DNA of 32,000 nt, from assembly GCF_001457615.1 (NCBI RefSeq), contig NZ_LN831024.1, forward strand, positions 2,100,001-2,132,000, read 5' to 3'. Source of the stretch: Pseudomonas aeruginosa (GTDB lineage: Bacteria; Pseudomonadota; Gammaproteobacteria; Pseudomonadales; Pseudomonadaceae). Below, piece by piece: positions 10,998-24,525 of this stretch. The notes under the pieces were generated by a model. The model had not been told where the DNA came from, did no database searches, and saw only the letters and a program-made list of their open reading frames with translations. Position numbers and translations under genes: made by a program. The stretch's first letter is position 1, and the number at the start of each line of letters is the position of its first letter.

Positions 10998-13604
10998 ATG
11001 GGTAAATCGCTGGTCATCGTGGAATCCCCGGCCAAGGCCAAGACCATCAACAAGTACCTGGGCAGCCAGTACGTGGTGAAGTCGAGCATCGGCCACATCC
11101 GTGACCTGCCCACCAGTGGTTCGTCGAGTTCCAAGGAGCCGGCGGCCAAGGGCCGCAAGAGCGCCTCCGAGGCGCCGGCGCTGTCACCGAAGGAGAAGGC
11201 CAGGCGCCAACTGGTCTCGCGCATGGGGGTCGACCCCGAGCATGGCTGGAAGGCCAAGTACGAGATCCTGCCCGGCAAGGAAAAGGTCATCGACGAGCTG
11301 CGCCGCCTGGCCAAGGACGCCGACACCGTCTATCTCGCGACCGACTTGGACCGCGAAGGGGAGGCCATCGCCTGGCACCTGCGGGAAGCCATCGGCGGCG
11401 ACGAAAGCCGCTACAAGCGCGTGGTATTCAACGAAATCACCAAGAAGGCCATCCAGGAGGCCTTCTCCCAGCCCGGCGAGCTCGATATCAACCGGGTGAA
11501 CGCCCAGCAGGCGCGGCGTTTTCTCGACCGCGTGGTCGGCTACATGGTCTCGCCGCTGCTCTGGCAGAAGATTGCCCGTGGGTTGTCCGCCGGCCGCGTG
11601 CAGTCGGTGGCGGTGAAGCTGGTGGTGGAGCGCGAACGCGAGATTCGCGCCTTCGTCCCGGAAGAGTACTGGGAAGTGCATGCCGACCTCGGTACCGCCA
11701 AGGGCGCCAACGTGCGCTTCGAGGTTACCCGTGAGAAGGGCGAGGCCTTCAAGCCGCTCAACGAAGCCCAGGCCATGGCGGCCCTGGAAAAGCTCAAGGC
11801 CTCGGCCTATAGCGTCGCCAAGCGCGAGGACCGGCCGACCTCCAGCCGACCCTCGGCGCCGTTCATCACTTCCACCCTGCAGCAGGCGGCGAGCAACCGC
11901 CTGGGCTTCGGGGTGAAGAAGACCATGATGATGGCCCAGCGTCTCTACGAGGCCGGCTACATCACCTACATGCGTACCGACTCGACCAACCTGTCGGCCG
12001 ATGCCATTGGCATGGTCCGCGGTTTCATCGAGGACGAGTTCGGCCAGAAGTACCTGCCGGGCAAGGCCAACGTCTACTCGAGCAAGGAGGGCGCCCAGGA
12101 AGCGCACGAGGCGATCCGTCCTTCCGACGTCAACCTCAAGCCGACCCAGCTGTCCGGCATGGAGCGTGACGCCGAGCGCCTGTACGACCTGATCTGGCGC
12201 CAGTTCGTGGCGTGCCAGATGACCCCGGCCGAATACCTCTCGACCAGCGTGAGCGTCACCGCCGGCGATTTCGAGCTGCGCGCCAAGGGCCGCATCCTCA
12301 AGTTCGACGGTTATACCCGGGTACTGCCGCAGCAGAGCAAGCCGGGCGAGGACGACGTCCTGCCGGAAATGAAGGAAGGCGAGAACCTCAAGCTGATCAA
12401 GCTCGATCCGAGCCAGCACTTCACCAAGCCGCCGGCGCGCTACTCCGAAGCGAGCCTGGTCAAGGAACTGGAGAAGCGCGGTATCGGCCGCCCCTCGACC
12501 TACGCGGCGATCATCTCCACCATCCAGGAGCGCGGCTACGTAACCACCCACAACCGCCGCTTCTATGCGGAGAAGATGGGCGACATCGTCACCGATCGGC
12601 TCAACGAGAGCTTCGCCAACCTGATGGACTACGGTTTCACCGCCGGGATGGAGGAGCATCTCGACGACGTGGCCCAGGGCGAGCGCGACTGGAAGCACCT
12701 GCTCGACGAGTTCTACGGCGATTTCAAGAAGAAGCTCGAGGTGGCCGAAGTCAGCGAGAAGGGGATGCGCGCCAACCAGCCGACCCTGACCAACATTCCC
12801 TGCCGCGAGTGCGGCCGGCCGATGATGATTCGTACCGCCTCCACCGGCGTGTTCCTCGGCTGCTCGGGCTACAGCCTGCCGCCGAAGGAACGTTGCAAGG
12901 CGACCGTCAACCTGATTCCCGGCGACGAGATCGCCGCGGACGACGAGGGCGAGTCCGAGTCGCGGGTGTTGCGTGGCAAGCATCGCTGCCCGATCTGCAG
13001 TACCGCGATGGACGCCTACCTGCTGGACGAGAAACACAAGCTGCATATCTGCGGCAACAACCCCGACTGTCCGGGCTACGAGATCGAGGAAGGCCAGTAC
13101 CGGATCAAGGGCTACGAAGGGCCGAGCCTGGAATGCGACAAGTGTGGCAGCGAGATGCAGTTGAAGACCGGCCGTTTCGGCAAGTTCTTCGGTTGCACCA
13201 ATCCGACCTGCAAGAACACCCGCAAGCTGCTGAAGAATGGCGAGGCGGCGCCGCCGAAGATGGACGCCATTCGCATGCCTGAATTGAAGTGCGAGAAGGT
13301 GGACGATATCTACGTGCTGCGCGACGGCGCTTCGGGCATGTTCCTGGCCGCCAGCCAGTTCCCGAAGAACCGCGAGACCCGCGCGCCGTTGGTGAGCGAG
13401 ATCATCCCGCACAAGGCCGAGCTGGATCCCAAGTACCATTACCTCTGCGACGCCCCGCAGAAAGACCCGGACGGCCGTCCCGCGGTGATCCGTTTCAGCC
13501 GCAAGACCAAGGAGCAATACGTGCAGTCCGAGGTCGATGGCAAGCCCACCGGCTGGCGCGCCTTCTACGATGGCGGCAAGTGGAAGGTCGAAGACAAGCG
13601 CTGA
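10998..13604 (+). CDS. topA: DNA topoisomerase I, 868 aa
   Basis: Toprim N-terminus [22 protein letters not shown]. DxD motif [14 protein letters not shown]. Active-site Tyr context [13 protein letters not shown]. Three C-terminal Cys4 zinc ribbons (CRECG...C, CPICS...C, CDKCG...C). Confidence 0.98.
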   Translation: MGKSLVIVESPAKAKTINKYLGSQYVVKSSIGHIRDLPTSGSSSSKEPAAKGRKSASEAPALSPKEKARRQLVSRMGVDPEHGWKAKYEILPGKEKVIDELRRLAKDADTVYLATDLDREGEAIAWHLREAIGGDESRYKRVVFNEITKKAIQEAFSQPGELDINRVNAQQARRFLDRVVGYMVSPLLWQKIARGLSAGRVQSVAVKLVVEREREIRAFVPEEYWEVHADLGTAKGANVRFEVTREKGEAFKPLNEAQAMAALEKLKASAYSVAKREDRPTSSRPSAPFITSTLQQAASNRLGFGVKKTMMMAQRLYEAGYITYMRTDSTNLSADAIGMVRGFIEDEFGQKYLPGKANVYSSKEGAQEAHEAIRPSDVNLKPTQLSGMERDAERLYDLIWRQFVACQMTPAEYLSTSVSVTAGDFELRAKGRILKFDGYTRVLPQQSKPGEDDVLPEMKEGENLKLIKLDPSQHFTKPPARYSEASLVKELEKRGIGRPSTYAAIISTIQERGYVTTHNRRFYAEKMGDIVTDRLNESFANLMDYGFTAGMEEHLDDVAQGERDWKHLLDEFYGDFKKKLEVAEVSEKGMRANQPTLTNIPCRECGRPMMIRTASTGVFLGCSGYSLPPKERCKATVNLIPGDEIAADDEGESESRVLRGKHRCPICSTAMDAYLLDEKHKLHICGNNPDCPGYEIEEGQYRIKGYEGPSLECDKCGSEMQLKTGRFGKFFGCTNPTCKNTRKLLKNGEAAPPKMDAIRMPELKCEKVDDIYVLRDGASGMFLAASQFPKNRETRAPLVSEIIPHKAELDPKYHYLCDAPQKDPDGRPAVIRFSRKTKEQYVQSEVDGKPTGWRAFYDGGKWKVEDKR

Positions 13605-13610
13605 TGGATG

Positions 13611-13635
13611 GCGCGCCCGCTTGCATGGGGCGCGC
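13611..13635 (+). terminator. GC-rich hairpin after topA (GCGCGCCC-loop-GGGCGCGC); probable terminator
   Basis: 8-bp perfect stem 7 nt after the topA stop, followed by TTATA rather than a long U-tract. Confidence 0.45.
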
Positions 13636-13710
13636 TTATACTGCGCGAAGGCCGGGCGCTGACCTGGCCTGCGCTCCGCATTCCTTCCAGTTTTAATCGG
13701 GAGTACCGGC

Positions 13711-14229
13711 ATGGCCCAAGAGCTTTATACCCGCACCAACCAGAAGCTGTATTTCGCCGGGTTGGCTCTGGAGGCCTGGAAGCGAGCCGATGCCGAGCGG
13801 GCGATGAATGCCCAGGCGATCATCCAGGGGGAGCGCGAGTCGGCGCTGTTCCACCTTTATGGCGCAGTGCTCGGTGTATGCCATGAGATCGCCGGTTACT
13901 ACCGTCTGCCGCAGGCTGCCGCTCCTCGCGTGGATGCATTGCTGAATGCCGAAGTGCTGGCGGCCGCGCCCAGCCCCGAGCTGGCTGAACTGGTGGAGTT
14001 GGCGTCGCAGCCGGAAACCTGGCTGGGCCAGTTGCTGGGCGCCTACTCCGAGCTGTTCCTGCCGCCGCGACCGACCAAGGCAGCGAAGATCGACCCCAGC
14101 ACACCGTTGATCGTTGCCGTGAGTATCGACGAAGAAGCCCCCTTGCTTTCTCGCGAAACCCTCGAGGAATGGCGGCAGTCGCTGAAGCAATTGGTCCTGC
14201 GTTTTCGCGAGAGCCTGACGGAGCTGTAA
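13711..14229 (+). CDS. Uncharacterised 172-aa Ala/Leu-rich, probably helical cytoplasmic protein
   Basis: Clean ORF with GGGAG 7 nt upstream of the ATG and typical codon bias. No recognisable motif. Confidence 0.8.
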   Translation: MAQELYTRTNQKLYFAGLALEAWKRADAERAMNAQAIIQGERESALFHLYGAVLGVCHEIAGYYRLPQAAAPRVDALLNAEVLAAAPSPELAELVELASQPETWLGQLLGAYSELFLPPRPTKAAKIDPSTPLIVAVSIDEEAPLLSRETLEEWRQSLKQLVLRFRESLTEL

Positions 14230-14252
14230 CGCCGTCGTCATTCGCCGATCAG

Positions 14253-14273
14253 CGGTAGGACATTTTCCTACCG
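14253..14273 (+). terminator. Hairpin CGGTAGGA-cattt-TCCTACCG downstream of the 13711-14229 ORF; possible terminator or RNA-processing element
   Basis: 8-bp perfect stem 24 nt after the stop. No U-tract. Confidence 0.35.
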
Positions 14274-14434
14274 TTCCACTCGGTTGATTTGCCAGCAAAA
14301 AAATTTAGCGGATGCCGTCCGGGCGCTCTGGAACCGCCGTTACAGGCGCGAGAGGGGAACCGGAAGGCGGATGCGGGCTAGGGATGCACTGGATGGGCTG
14401 TTACAATGTCGCGTCTTCGTAGAGAGCGTCTGTC

Positions 14435-14668
14435 ATGCCAACATCCTTCCTTGAAATCGTAGAAATGCCCGACGGGCGCATCGTGCTGCGTCGCGCCGAT
14501 GACGAGGAGGCGTTGGTGACCCTGGAGTTCTCCGGGGACGCGAAGAATTTCCTGCAAGGCCAGCATGTCGAAGTGGCCAAGGCCATGTTCAATGTCGGCG
14601 TGCAAATGGCCGGTCGTCTTGCCGAGGGCGAGATGGAACACGACGAAGGCCCCCGCGTCCTGCACTGA
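14435..14668 (+). CDS. Uncharacterised small acidic protein, 77 aa
   Basis: ORF with typical codon bias. By my count it has 15 Asp/Glu versus 7 Lys/Arg. A TACAAT hexamer lies at 14402-14407 upstream. The Shine-Dalgarno is weak. Confidence 0.65.
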   Translation: MPTSFLEIVEMPDGRIVLRRADDEEALVTLEFSGDAKNFLQGQHVEVAKAMFNVGVQMAGRLAEGEMEHDEGPRVLH

Positions 14669-14689
14669 ACGCTGTCCCCCGCCGTTTTT

Positions 14690-15175
14690 TCAACCCAGAC
14701 GAATATTCAGGCTCTGTGCTTGGCCCAGTTGGGCGGCGCGGGACAGTTGCTTGCGCGCCGCCCGGCTCAGCGGTTCCAGCCAACTGACCACGGTGTGGCT
14801 GCGGCCCAGGCGCAAGGCCTCGCAACTGAGCGCCAGGGCAGCGGCGTTGTCCTTCGCCTGCAGTAGCAGGATGCGCTCGCGGTTCAGGCCGGCGCGGCGC
14901 AGCCATTCATGGGTCAGGCTCGCCGGCGGAGCGATCAGGGTCAGCCAGCGGGCATCCTGTTCCTCGCTGAGCTCGCGGAGAATCGGTGCGAGCAGGGTCA
15001 GGCAGTGCCCCGGCAGGCCGCTGAGCGAAAGTTCGCTAAAGGCAGCGGGTTCCTCGATGGAGGCACTGGAAGGGCTGTCGATGACATCGTCGAGCAAGGG
15101 TGCGCCGTTGCTGGCCCAGAACGCTTCCTGGAACAGTGGCAACTGGGCGCTGGGCAGCGAGTGGGAGGTCTGCAT
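14690..15175 (-). CDS. sulA: SOS cell-division inhibitor SulA, 161 aa
   Basis: It lies immediately downstream of lexA (11-nt gap, AGGAGA RBS). Position and size match the P. aeruginosa lexA-sulA operon. The C-terminal half (WLTLIAPPASL...ILLLQAKD) is SulA/RecA-fold-like. Confidence 0.85.
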   Translation of the reverse strand: MQTSHSLPSAQLPLFQEAFWASNGAPLLDDVIDSPSSASIEEPAAFSELSLSGLPGHCLTLLAPILRELSEEQDARWLTLIAPPASLTHEWLRRAGLNRERILLLQAKDNAAALALSCEALRLGRSHTVVSWLEPLSRAARKQLSRAAQLGQAQSLNIRLG

Positions 15176-15186
15176 GGTATCTCCTG

Positions 15187-15801
15187 TCAGCGCCGGATCA
15201 CGCCGACGCTCAAGCCTTCGATGATCAGTTCCTGCTCCTTCAGATCGACTTCGATCGGAGCGAACTCAGGGTTTTCCGCCAGCAGCCAGACCTTGCTGCC
15301 TTCGCGCTTGAAGCGTTTCACCGTGACCTCCTCGCCGATCCGCGCGACCACCACCTGGCCGTTGCGCGCTTCGCGGGTGACGTGGACGGCCAGCAGGTCG
15401 CCGTCGAGGATGCCGATGTCCTTCATGCTCATGCCGCGCACGCGCAACAGGTAGTCGGCGCGAGGATTGAAGAAGGCGGGATTGATACGGCAGGATTCCT
15501 CGATGTTCTGTTCGGCGAGGATCGGTGCGCCGGCGGCGACCCGTCCGATCACCGGCAGGCCCTCATCGTCGTTGGCGGCATGCGGTTCGAAGCCGGGAAT
15601 GCGGATGCCGCGAGAGGCGCCCGGAGTCATTTCGATGGCGCCCTTGCGTGCCAGCGCCTTGAGGTGCTCCTCGGCGGCGTTCGGCGACTTGAAGCCGAGT
15701 TCCTGGGCGATTTCCGCCCGGGTCGGCGGAAAGCCGTGGTCTTCCAGGCAGCGCTTGATGAAGGAGAGGATCTCGGCTTGGCGGGGCGTCAGCTTCTGCA
15801 T
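15187..15801 (-). CDS. lexA: LexA repressor, 204 aa
   Basis: N-terminal w[40 protein letters not shown]. Ala-Gly cleavage site GRVAAGAP. Ser/Lys dyad contexts RGMSMKD and VTVKRF. Confidence 0.98.
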   Translation of the reverse strand: MQKLTPRQAEILSFIKRCLEDHGFPPTRAEIAQELGFKSPNAAEEHLKALARKGAIEMTPGASRGIRIPGFEPHAANDDEGLPVIGRVAAGAPILAEQNIEESCRINPAFFNPRADYLLRVRGMSMKDIGILDGDLLAVHVTREARNGQVVVARIGEEVTVKRFKREGSKVWLLAENPEFAPIEVDLKEQELIIEGLSVGVIRR

Positions 15802-15810
15802 GTCGTCGCT

Positions 15811-15826
15811 CTGTGTTTTTATCCAG
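15811..15826. promoter_or_regulatory. SOS box, promoter-distal relative to the -10 (CTGGATAAAAACACAG on the lexA strand)
   Basis: CTG-N10-CAG with an AT-rich core, 10 nt upstream of the lexA ATG. Confidence 0.8.
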
Positions 15827-15829
15827 TGA

Positions 15830-15845
15830 CTGGGATTATATACAG
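15830..15845. promoter_or_regulatory. SOS box overlapping the lexA -10 (CTGTATATAATCCCAG on the lexA strand)
   Basis: CTGTAT...CAG matches the gamma-proteobacterial LexA consensus CTGT-N8-ACAG at all positions except one in the right arm (CCAG instead of ACAG). Confidence 0.85.
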
Positions 15846-15862
15846 TGAGCGGGGCGTGGCAA
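15835..15862 (-). promoter_or_regulatory. lexA sigma70 promoter (TTGCCA-N16-TATAAT)
   Basis: Read on the minus strand. The -35 is at 15857-15862 and the -10 at 15835-15840. The -10 is embedded in the SOS box. Confidence 0.65.
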
Positions 15863-15972
15863 TGATTTTCCGCATGACATTTCGTCCTGCGTCACGATGA
15901 AGTTGGCCAGTGTCTTGCTTCCGTTTTTCGGGACTTCTCTGTAATTTTCCTGACTGGTGCGTCATCTGCCGC

Positions 15973-16002
15973 TTGACAAGGGATGTGGCTGAAACGTATG
16001 TT
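15973..16002 (+). promoter_or_regulatory. psrA sigma70 promoter candidate (TTGACA-N18-TATGTT)
   Basis: Perfect -35 at 15973-15978. The -10 candidate overlaps the first PsrA palindrome. Confidence 0.5.
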
Positions 16003-16017
16003 TCAAACAAGTGTTTG
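15991..16017. promoter_or_regulatory. Two abutting PsrA-type operators: GAAAC-GTAT-GTTTC (15991-16004) and CAAAC-AAGT-GTTTG (16004-16017)
   Basis: Both fit the published PsrA consensus (G/C)AAAC-N2-4-GTTT(G/C). They share base 16004 and lie 16-42 nt upstream of the psrA ATG, which fits autorepression. Confidence 0.75.
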
Positions 16018-16032
16018 TCAGGCGGAGAAACC

Positions 16033-16734
16033 ATGGCCCAGTCGGAAACCGTCGAACGCATTCTCGATGCGGCGGAACAGCTGTTCGCGGAAAAAGGCTT
16101 CGCCGAAACCTCGTTGCGTCTGATCACCAGCAAGGCCGGGGTCAACCTGGCGGCGGTGAATTATCACTTCGGTTCGAAGAAGGCGCTGATCCAGGCGGTG
16201 TTCTCGCGCTTCCTCGGGCCATTCTGCGTCAGCCTGGAAAAGGAGCTGGATCGTCGCCAGGCCAAGCCCGAGGCCCAGCACGCCACCCTGGAGGACCTCC
16301 TGCACCTGCTGGTGTCCCAGGCGATGGCGGTGAAGCCGCGCAGCGGCAACGACCTGTCGATCTTCATGCGCTTGCTCGGCCTGGCCTTCAGCCAGAGCCA
16401 GGGGCACCTGCGCAAGTACCTGGAGGAGGTCTACGGCAAGGTCTTCCGGCGCTACATGCTGCTGGTCAACGAGGCGGCGCCGAAGCTGCCGCCCATCGAG
16501 CTGTTCTGGCGCGTGCACTTCATGCTCGGCGCGGCCGCCTTCAGCATGTCGGGGATCAAGGCCCTGCGGGCGATGGCGGAAACCGATTTCGGCGTGAACA
16601 CTTCCACCGAGCAGGTGATGCACCTGATGGTGCCGTTCTTCGCCGCCGGCATGCGCGCCGAGAGCGGCATCGACGATCCGCTGCTGGCCGGGGCGCAACT
16701 GCGCCCGCGGAACAAGACGCCCGCCAAGGCCTGA
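16033..16734 (+). CDS. psrA: TetR-family long-chain-fatty-acid-responsive regulator PsrA, 233 aa
   Basis: TetR HTH ILDAAEQLFAEKGFAETSLRLITSKAGVNLAAVNYHFGSKKAL. Start at ATG 16033 after GGAGAA. The track ORF from 15910 is an extension. Confidence 0.93.
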   Translation: MAQSETVERILDAAEQLFAEKGFAETSLRLITSKAGVNLAAVNYHFGSKKALIQAVFSRFLGPFCVSLEKELDRRQAKPEAQHATLEDLLHLLVSQAMAVKPRSGNDLSIFMRLLGLAFSQSQGHLRKYLEEVYGKVFRRYMLLVNEAAPKLPPIELFWRVHFMLGAAAFSMSGIKALRAMAETDFGVNTSTEQVMHLMVPFFAAGMRAESGIDDPLLAGAQLRPRNKTPAKA

Positions 16735-16740
16735 TTGCAG

Positions 16741-16764
16741 ACGGCGCCCGAGGGCGCCGTTTTA
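16741..16764 (+). terminator. Rho-independent terminator of psrA
   Basis: ACGGCGCCC-GA-GGGCGCCGT followed by TTTACTTT, 7 nt after the stop. Confidence 0.7.
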
Positions 16765-16935
16765 CTTTCCCCTTTCTCTGTGCTCCGGGCGGAACTCCAT
16801 GCGCCGGGCCGGCTCCATTGGCAGGCGCGCGGCACTGTCCCGGGACTTAAGTCTTTCTGCCGGGTGCAGTACAGTGTGCGCTGTCTGAGGCCCGTGACGG
16901 CGGGCTTCGCTGATTTCCAGGCCATAGGACTTTTC

Positions 16936-18686
<1,751 letters not shown>

Positions 18687-18701
18687 GCGGCCATCGCAAC
18701 G

Positions 18702-18729
18702 AAAAAAAGGCCGCTATTGCGGCCTTTTT
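18702..18729. terminator. Bidirectional rho-independent terminator between convergent genes
   Basis: AAAAAAA-GGCCGC-tatt-GCGGCC-TTTTT. The A-tract and T-tract flank the stem symmetrically. Confidence 0.85.
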
Positions 18730-18731
18730 CG

Positions 18732-19361
18732 CTATTGCGCAGGAGGTGCGGCGTCGAAACCGCCTTCGACGGGAGGCGCGTCCGCCGGTGCCTGCTGTTC
18801 TTCCATTTCCATGGGATTGGGGGCGGCGGGACGGGCGCCGACCGGCACCACCTTGATCAGGATGCCCAGGCTCGGATGGTCGAGATAGGTCAGTTCGCCA
18901 TTCTTCAGCCGCGTGCCCTGCCTGATGTGCTGGCTGCCGGCGAGGAAACCGTCGTCGCCGAAGCGATTGACCCAGAAATCGGCCTCCATGTCGACGAAGC
19001 GCACCTGGCTGAGGGTCAGCGTACCTTCCACCGGGAAATGATGATCCTGTTCCTGGCCTTCGCTGAGGGCGATCTTCACCGGGGTCTCGCCGATGTCCTG
19101 GCGCCAGGCCTTGTGCAGCAGCACGGTGTAGCCGTTGTCCTGGCTGAGCTTGGCGAGCTGGTTGTCGAGCGCGGTGGCGCGCAGGGCGTCGCTGGCCAGC
19201 GGCTGTGCGCCGGTGGCCCAGTCGTCCGGCGCCGGCTGGCTGGACGGCACGGCATCGCCGGCCTGGCGGAACACCACCAGTTCCACCTGGTAGGGACCGC
19301 CGGCGAATGCCGCGGGGGCGGCCAGTGAGAGCAGCAGGGCAAGGCAACGGAACAAGCGCAT
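18732..19361 (-). CDS. Secreted 209-aa protein. I recall this family being annotated as peptidoglycan-binding CsiV-like (unverified).
   Basis: Signal peptide MRLFRCLALLLSLAAPAAFAGG. ORF with typical codon bias. Its AAGGA RBS overlaps the mfd stop codon. The functional label comes from memory only. Confidence 0.75.
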   Translation of the reverse strand: MRLFRCLALLLSLAAPAAFAGGPYQVELVVFRQAGDAVPSSQPAPDDWATGAQPLASDALRATALDNQLAKLSQDNGYTVLLHKAWRQDIGETPVKIALSEGQEQDHHFPVEGTLTLSQVRFVDMEADFWVNRFGDDGFLAGSQHIRQGTRLKNGELTYLDHPSLGILIKVVPVGARPAAPNPMEMEEQQAPADAPPVEGGFDAAPPAQ

Positions 19362-19371
19362 AGGCTAATCC

Positions 19372-22818
<3,447 letters not shown>

Positions 22819-22904
22819 GGGCAAGCTGGGCTCCGGTCGGGAATTTGACCCGCCGGATTGTAACTTTCCCGACTGCTGGATGTCAGTCTTCCGACTGCTG
22901 CAGA

Positions 22905-22933
22905 TTGCCGAGCCTGGCCGGCGCGGTCATAAT
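22905..22933 (+). promoter_or_regulatory. Candidate sigma70 promoter for the GAPDH gene (TTGCCG-N17-CATAAT)
   Basis: Hexamers and spacing read directly. It lies 43 nt upstream of the chosen start codon. Confidence 0.4.
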
Positions 22934-22975
22934 GTAGCCCCTTTTTTCATCCCCTACATGTGGAAGGTATTGCCC

Positions 22976-24424
22976 GTGACTCAGAAGCCCGACCAGTGTC
23001 TCGGTGAATGGATCGATCGTGAAGCCATCGCGGAAGCCATGATCCCGCTGATTGGCCAGCTCTACCGCAATAACAATGTGGTGACCTCGATCCATGGCCG
23101 TGGTCTGATCAACCGCTCGGTGATCGCGATCATGAAGGCGCATCGTTTCGCCCGTCATCGCATGGCTGATGACGCCGAGCTGTCGGTTCACGAGACGTTC
23201 CCGATCCTCAAGGCGATGAGCGAGCTCAAGCTGGGCGCCGCTTCCGTCGATCTGGGCAAGATGGTCGCCAAGTTCAAGGCAGAAGGTAACGGCCGCAGCA
23301 TCGAGGACTTCGTCAAGGCCGAGCTGGCCGAGGTGGTCGGCAAGCAGAACGGCGATGCCCGCGAAGGCACCGACGTCGTGCTCTACGGCTTCGGCCGCAT
23401 CGGCCGCCTGCTGGCGCGCATCCTGATCGAGAAGACCGGCGGCGGCGACGGCCTGCGCCTGCGCGCGATCGTCGTGCGCAAGGGCGCCGAGAACGACCTG
23501 GTCAAGCGGGCCAGCCTGCTGCGTCGGGACTCGGTGCACGGTCCGTTCGACGGCACCATCACCATCGACGAAGAAAACAACACGCTGACCGCCAACGGCA
23601 ACCTGATCCAGGTGATCTACTCCAACGACCCGGCGTCGATCGACTACACCCAGTACGGCATCAAGAACGCCCTGCTGGTCGACAACACCGGCAAGTGGCG
23701 CGACGCCGAAGGCCTCGGCCAGCACCTGAAGTGCCCGGGGATCGATCGCGTGGTCCTTACCGCTCCGGGCAAGGGTGCGCTGAAGAACATCGTGCACGGT
23801 ATCAACCACACCGACATCGGCGCCGACGACAAGATCATCTCGGCCGCCTCCTGCACCACCAACGCCATCGTGCCGGTGCTGAAGGCCGTCAACGACCAGT
23901 ACGGCATCGTCAACGGTCACGTCGAGACCGTTCACTCGTACACCAACGACCAGAACCTGATCGACAACTTCCACAAGGGCAGTCGTCGTGGCCGCAGCGC
24001 GCCGCTGAACATGGTGATCACCGAGACCGGTGCCGCCACCGCCGCGGCCAAGGCCCTGCCGGTGCTGAAAGGCAAGCTGACCGGCAATGCGATCCGTGTG
24101 CCGACGCCGAACGTGTCCATGGCGATCCTCAACCTGAACCTGGAAAAGGCCACCACCCGCGAAGAGATCAACGAGTACCTGCGCCAGATGGCCATGCACT
24201 CGGACCTGCAGAAGCAGATCGACTTCGTCAGCTCCCAGGAAGTGGTTTCCACCGACTTCGTCGGTTCGCGCCATGCCGGCGTGGTGGACGCCGAGGCGAC
24301 CATCTGCAACGACAACCGTGTCGTCCTGTACGTGTGGTACGACAACGAGTTCGGCTACAGCTGCCAGGTAGTGCGCGTGATGGAAGACATGGCTGGGGTC
24401 AACCCGCCGGCCTTCCCGCGTTGA
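22976..24424 (+). CDS. Long-form glyceraldehyde-3-phosphate dehydrogenase paralogue (~482 aa) with a ~130-aa N-terminal extension
   Basis: Rossmann motif VVLYGFGRIGRL begins near residue 134. Catalytic block SAASCTTNAIVP. C-terminal WYDNEFGYS. The start is taken at GTG 22976 after GGAAGG. ATG 22958 has no Shine-Dalgarno but is an alternative. The track ORF from 22697 is an extension. Confidence 0.9.
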   Translation: MTQKPDQCLGEWIDREAIAEAMIPLIGQLYRNNNVVTSIHGRGLINRSVIAIMKAHRFARHRMADDAELSVHETFPILKAMSELKLGAASVDLGKMVAKFKAEGNGRSIEDFVKAELAEVVGKQNGDAREGTDVVLYGFGRIGRLLARILIEKTGGGDGLRLRAIVVRKGAENDLVKRASLLRRDSVHGPFDGTITIDEENNTLTANGNLIQVIYSNDPASIDYTQYGIKNALLVDNTGKWRDAEGLGQHLKCPGIDRVVLTAPGKGALKNIVHGINHTDIGADDKIISAASCTTNAIVPVLKAVNDQYGIVNGHVETVHSYTNDQNLIDNFHKGSRRGRSAPLNMVITETGAATAAAKALPVLKGKLTGNAIRVPTPNVSMAILNLNLEKATTREEINEYLRQMAMHSDLQKQIDFVSSQEVVSTDFVGSRHAGVVDAEATICNDNRVVLYVWYDNEFGYSCQVVRVMEDMAGVNPPAFPR

Positions 24425-24444
24425 TGCGCAAGGCGTAGAGGAAA

Positions 24445-24476
24445 ACGGGAGCTCTCGGGCTCCCGTTTTTCATTTC
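24445..24476 (+). terminator. Rho-independent terminator of the GAPDH gene
   Basis: ACGGGAGC-tctcgg-GCTCCCGT followed by TTTTCATTTC. Confidence 0.85.
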
Positions 24477-24525
24477 TGTGGATAACCAGAACAAGAAACT
24501 ACTCACTTCGATTTAGGGTTTTTCA

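Noticed and set aside
11184-13712. 842-aa minus-strand ORF antisense to topA
   Set aside because: Same reasoning as above. It is a shadow ORF opposite a clearly genuine topA, with no RBS or motifs.
24477-24493. TGTGGATAACCAGAACA upstream of aroP as a possible TyrR/PhhR box
   Set aside because: The spacing is TGT-N11-ACA, whereas TyrR-type boxes are TGT-N12-ACA (TGTAAA-N6-TTTACA). The internal bases match the consensus poorly.
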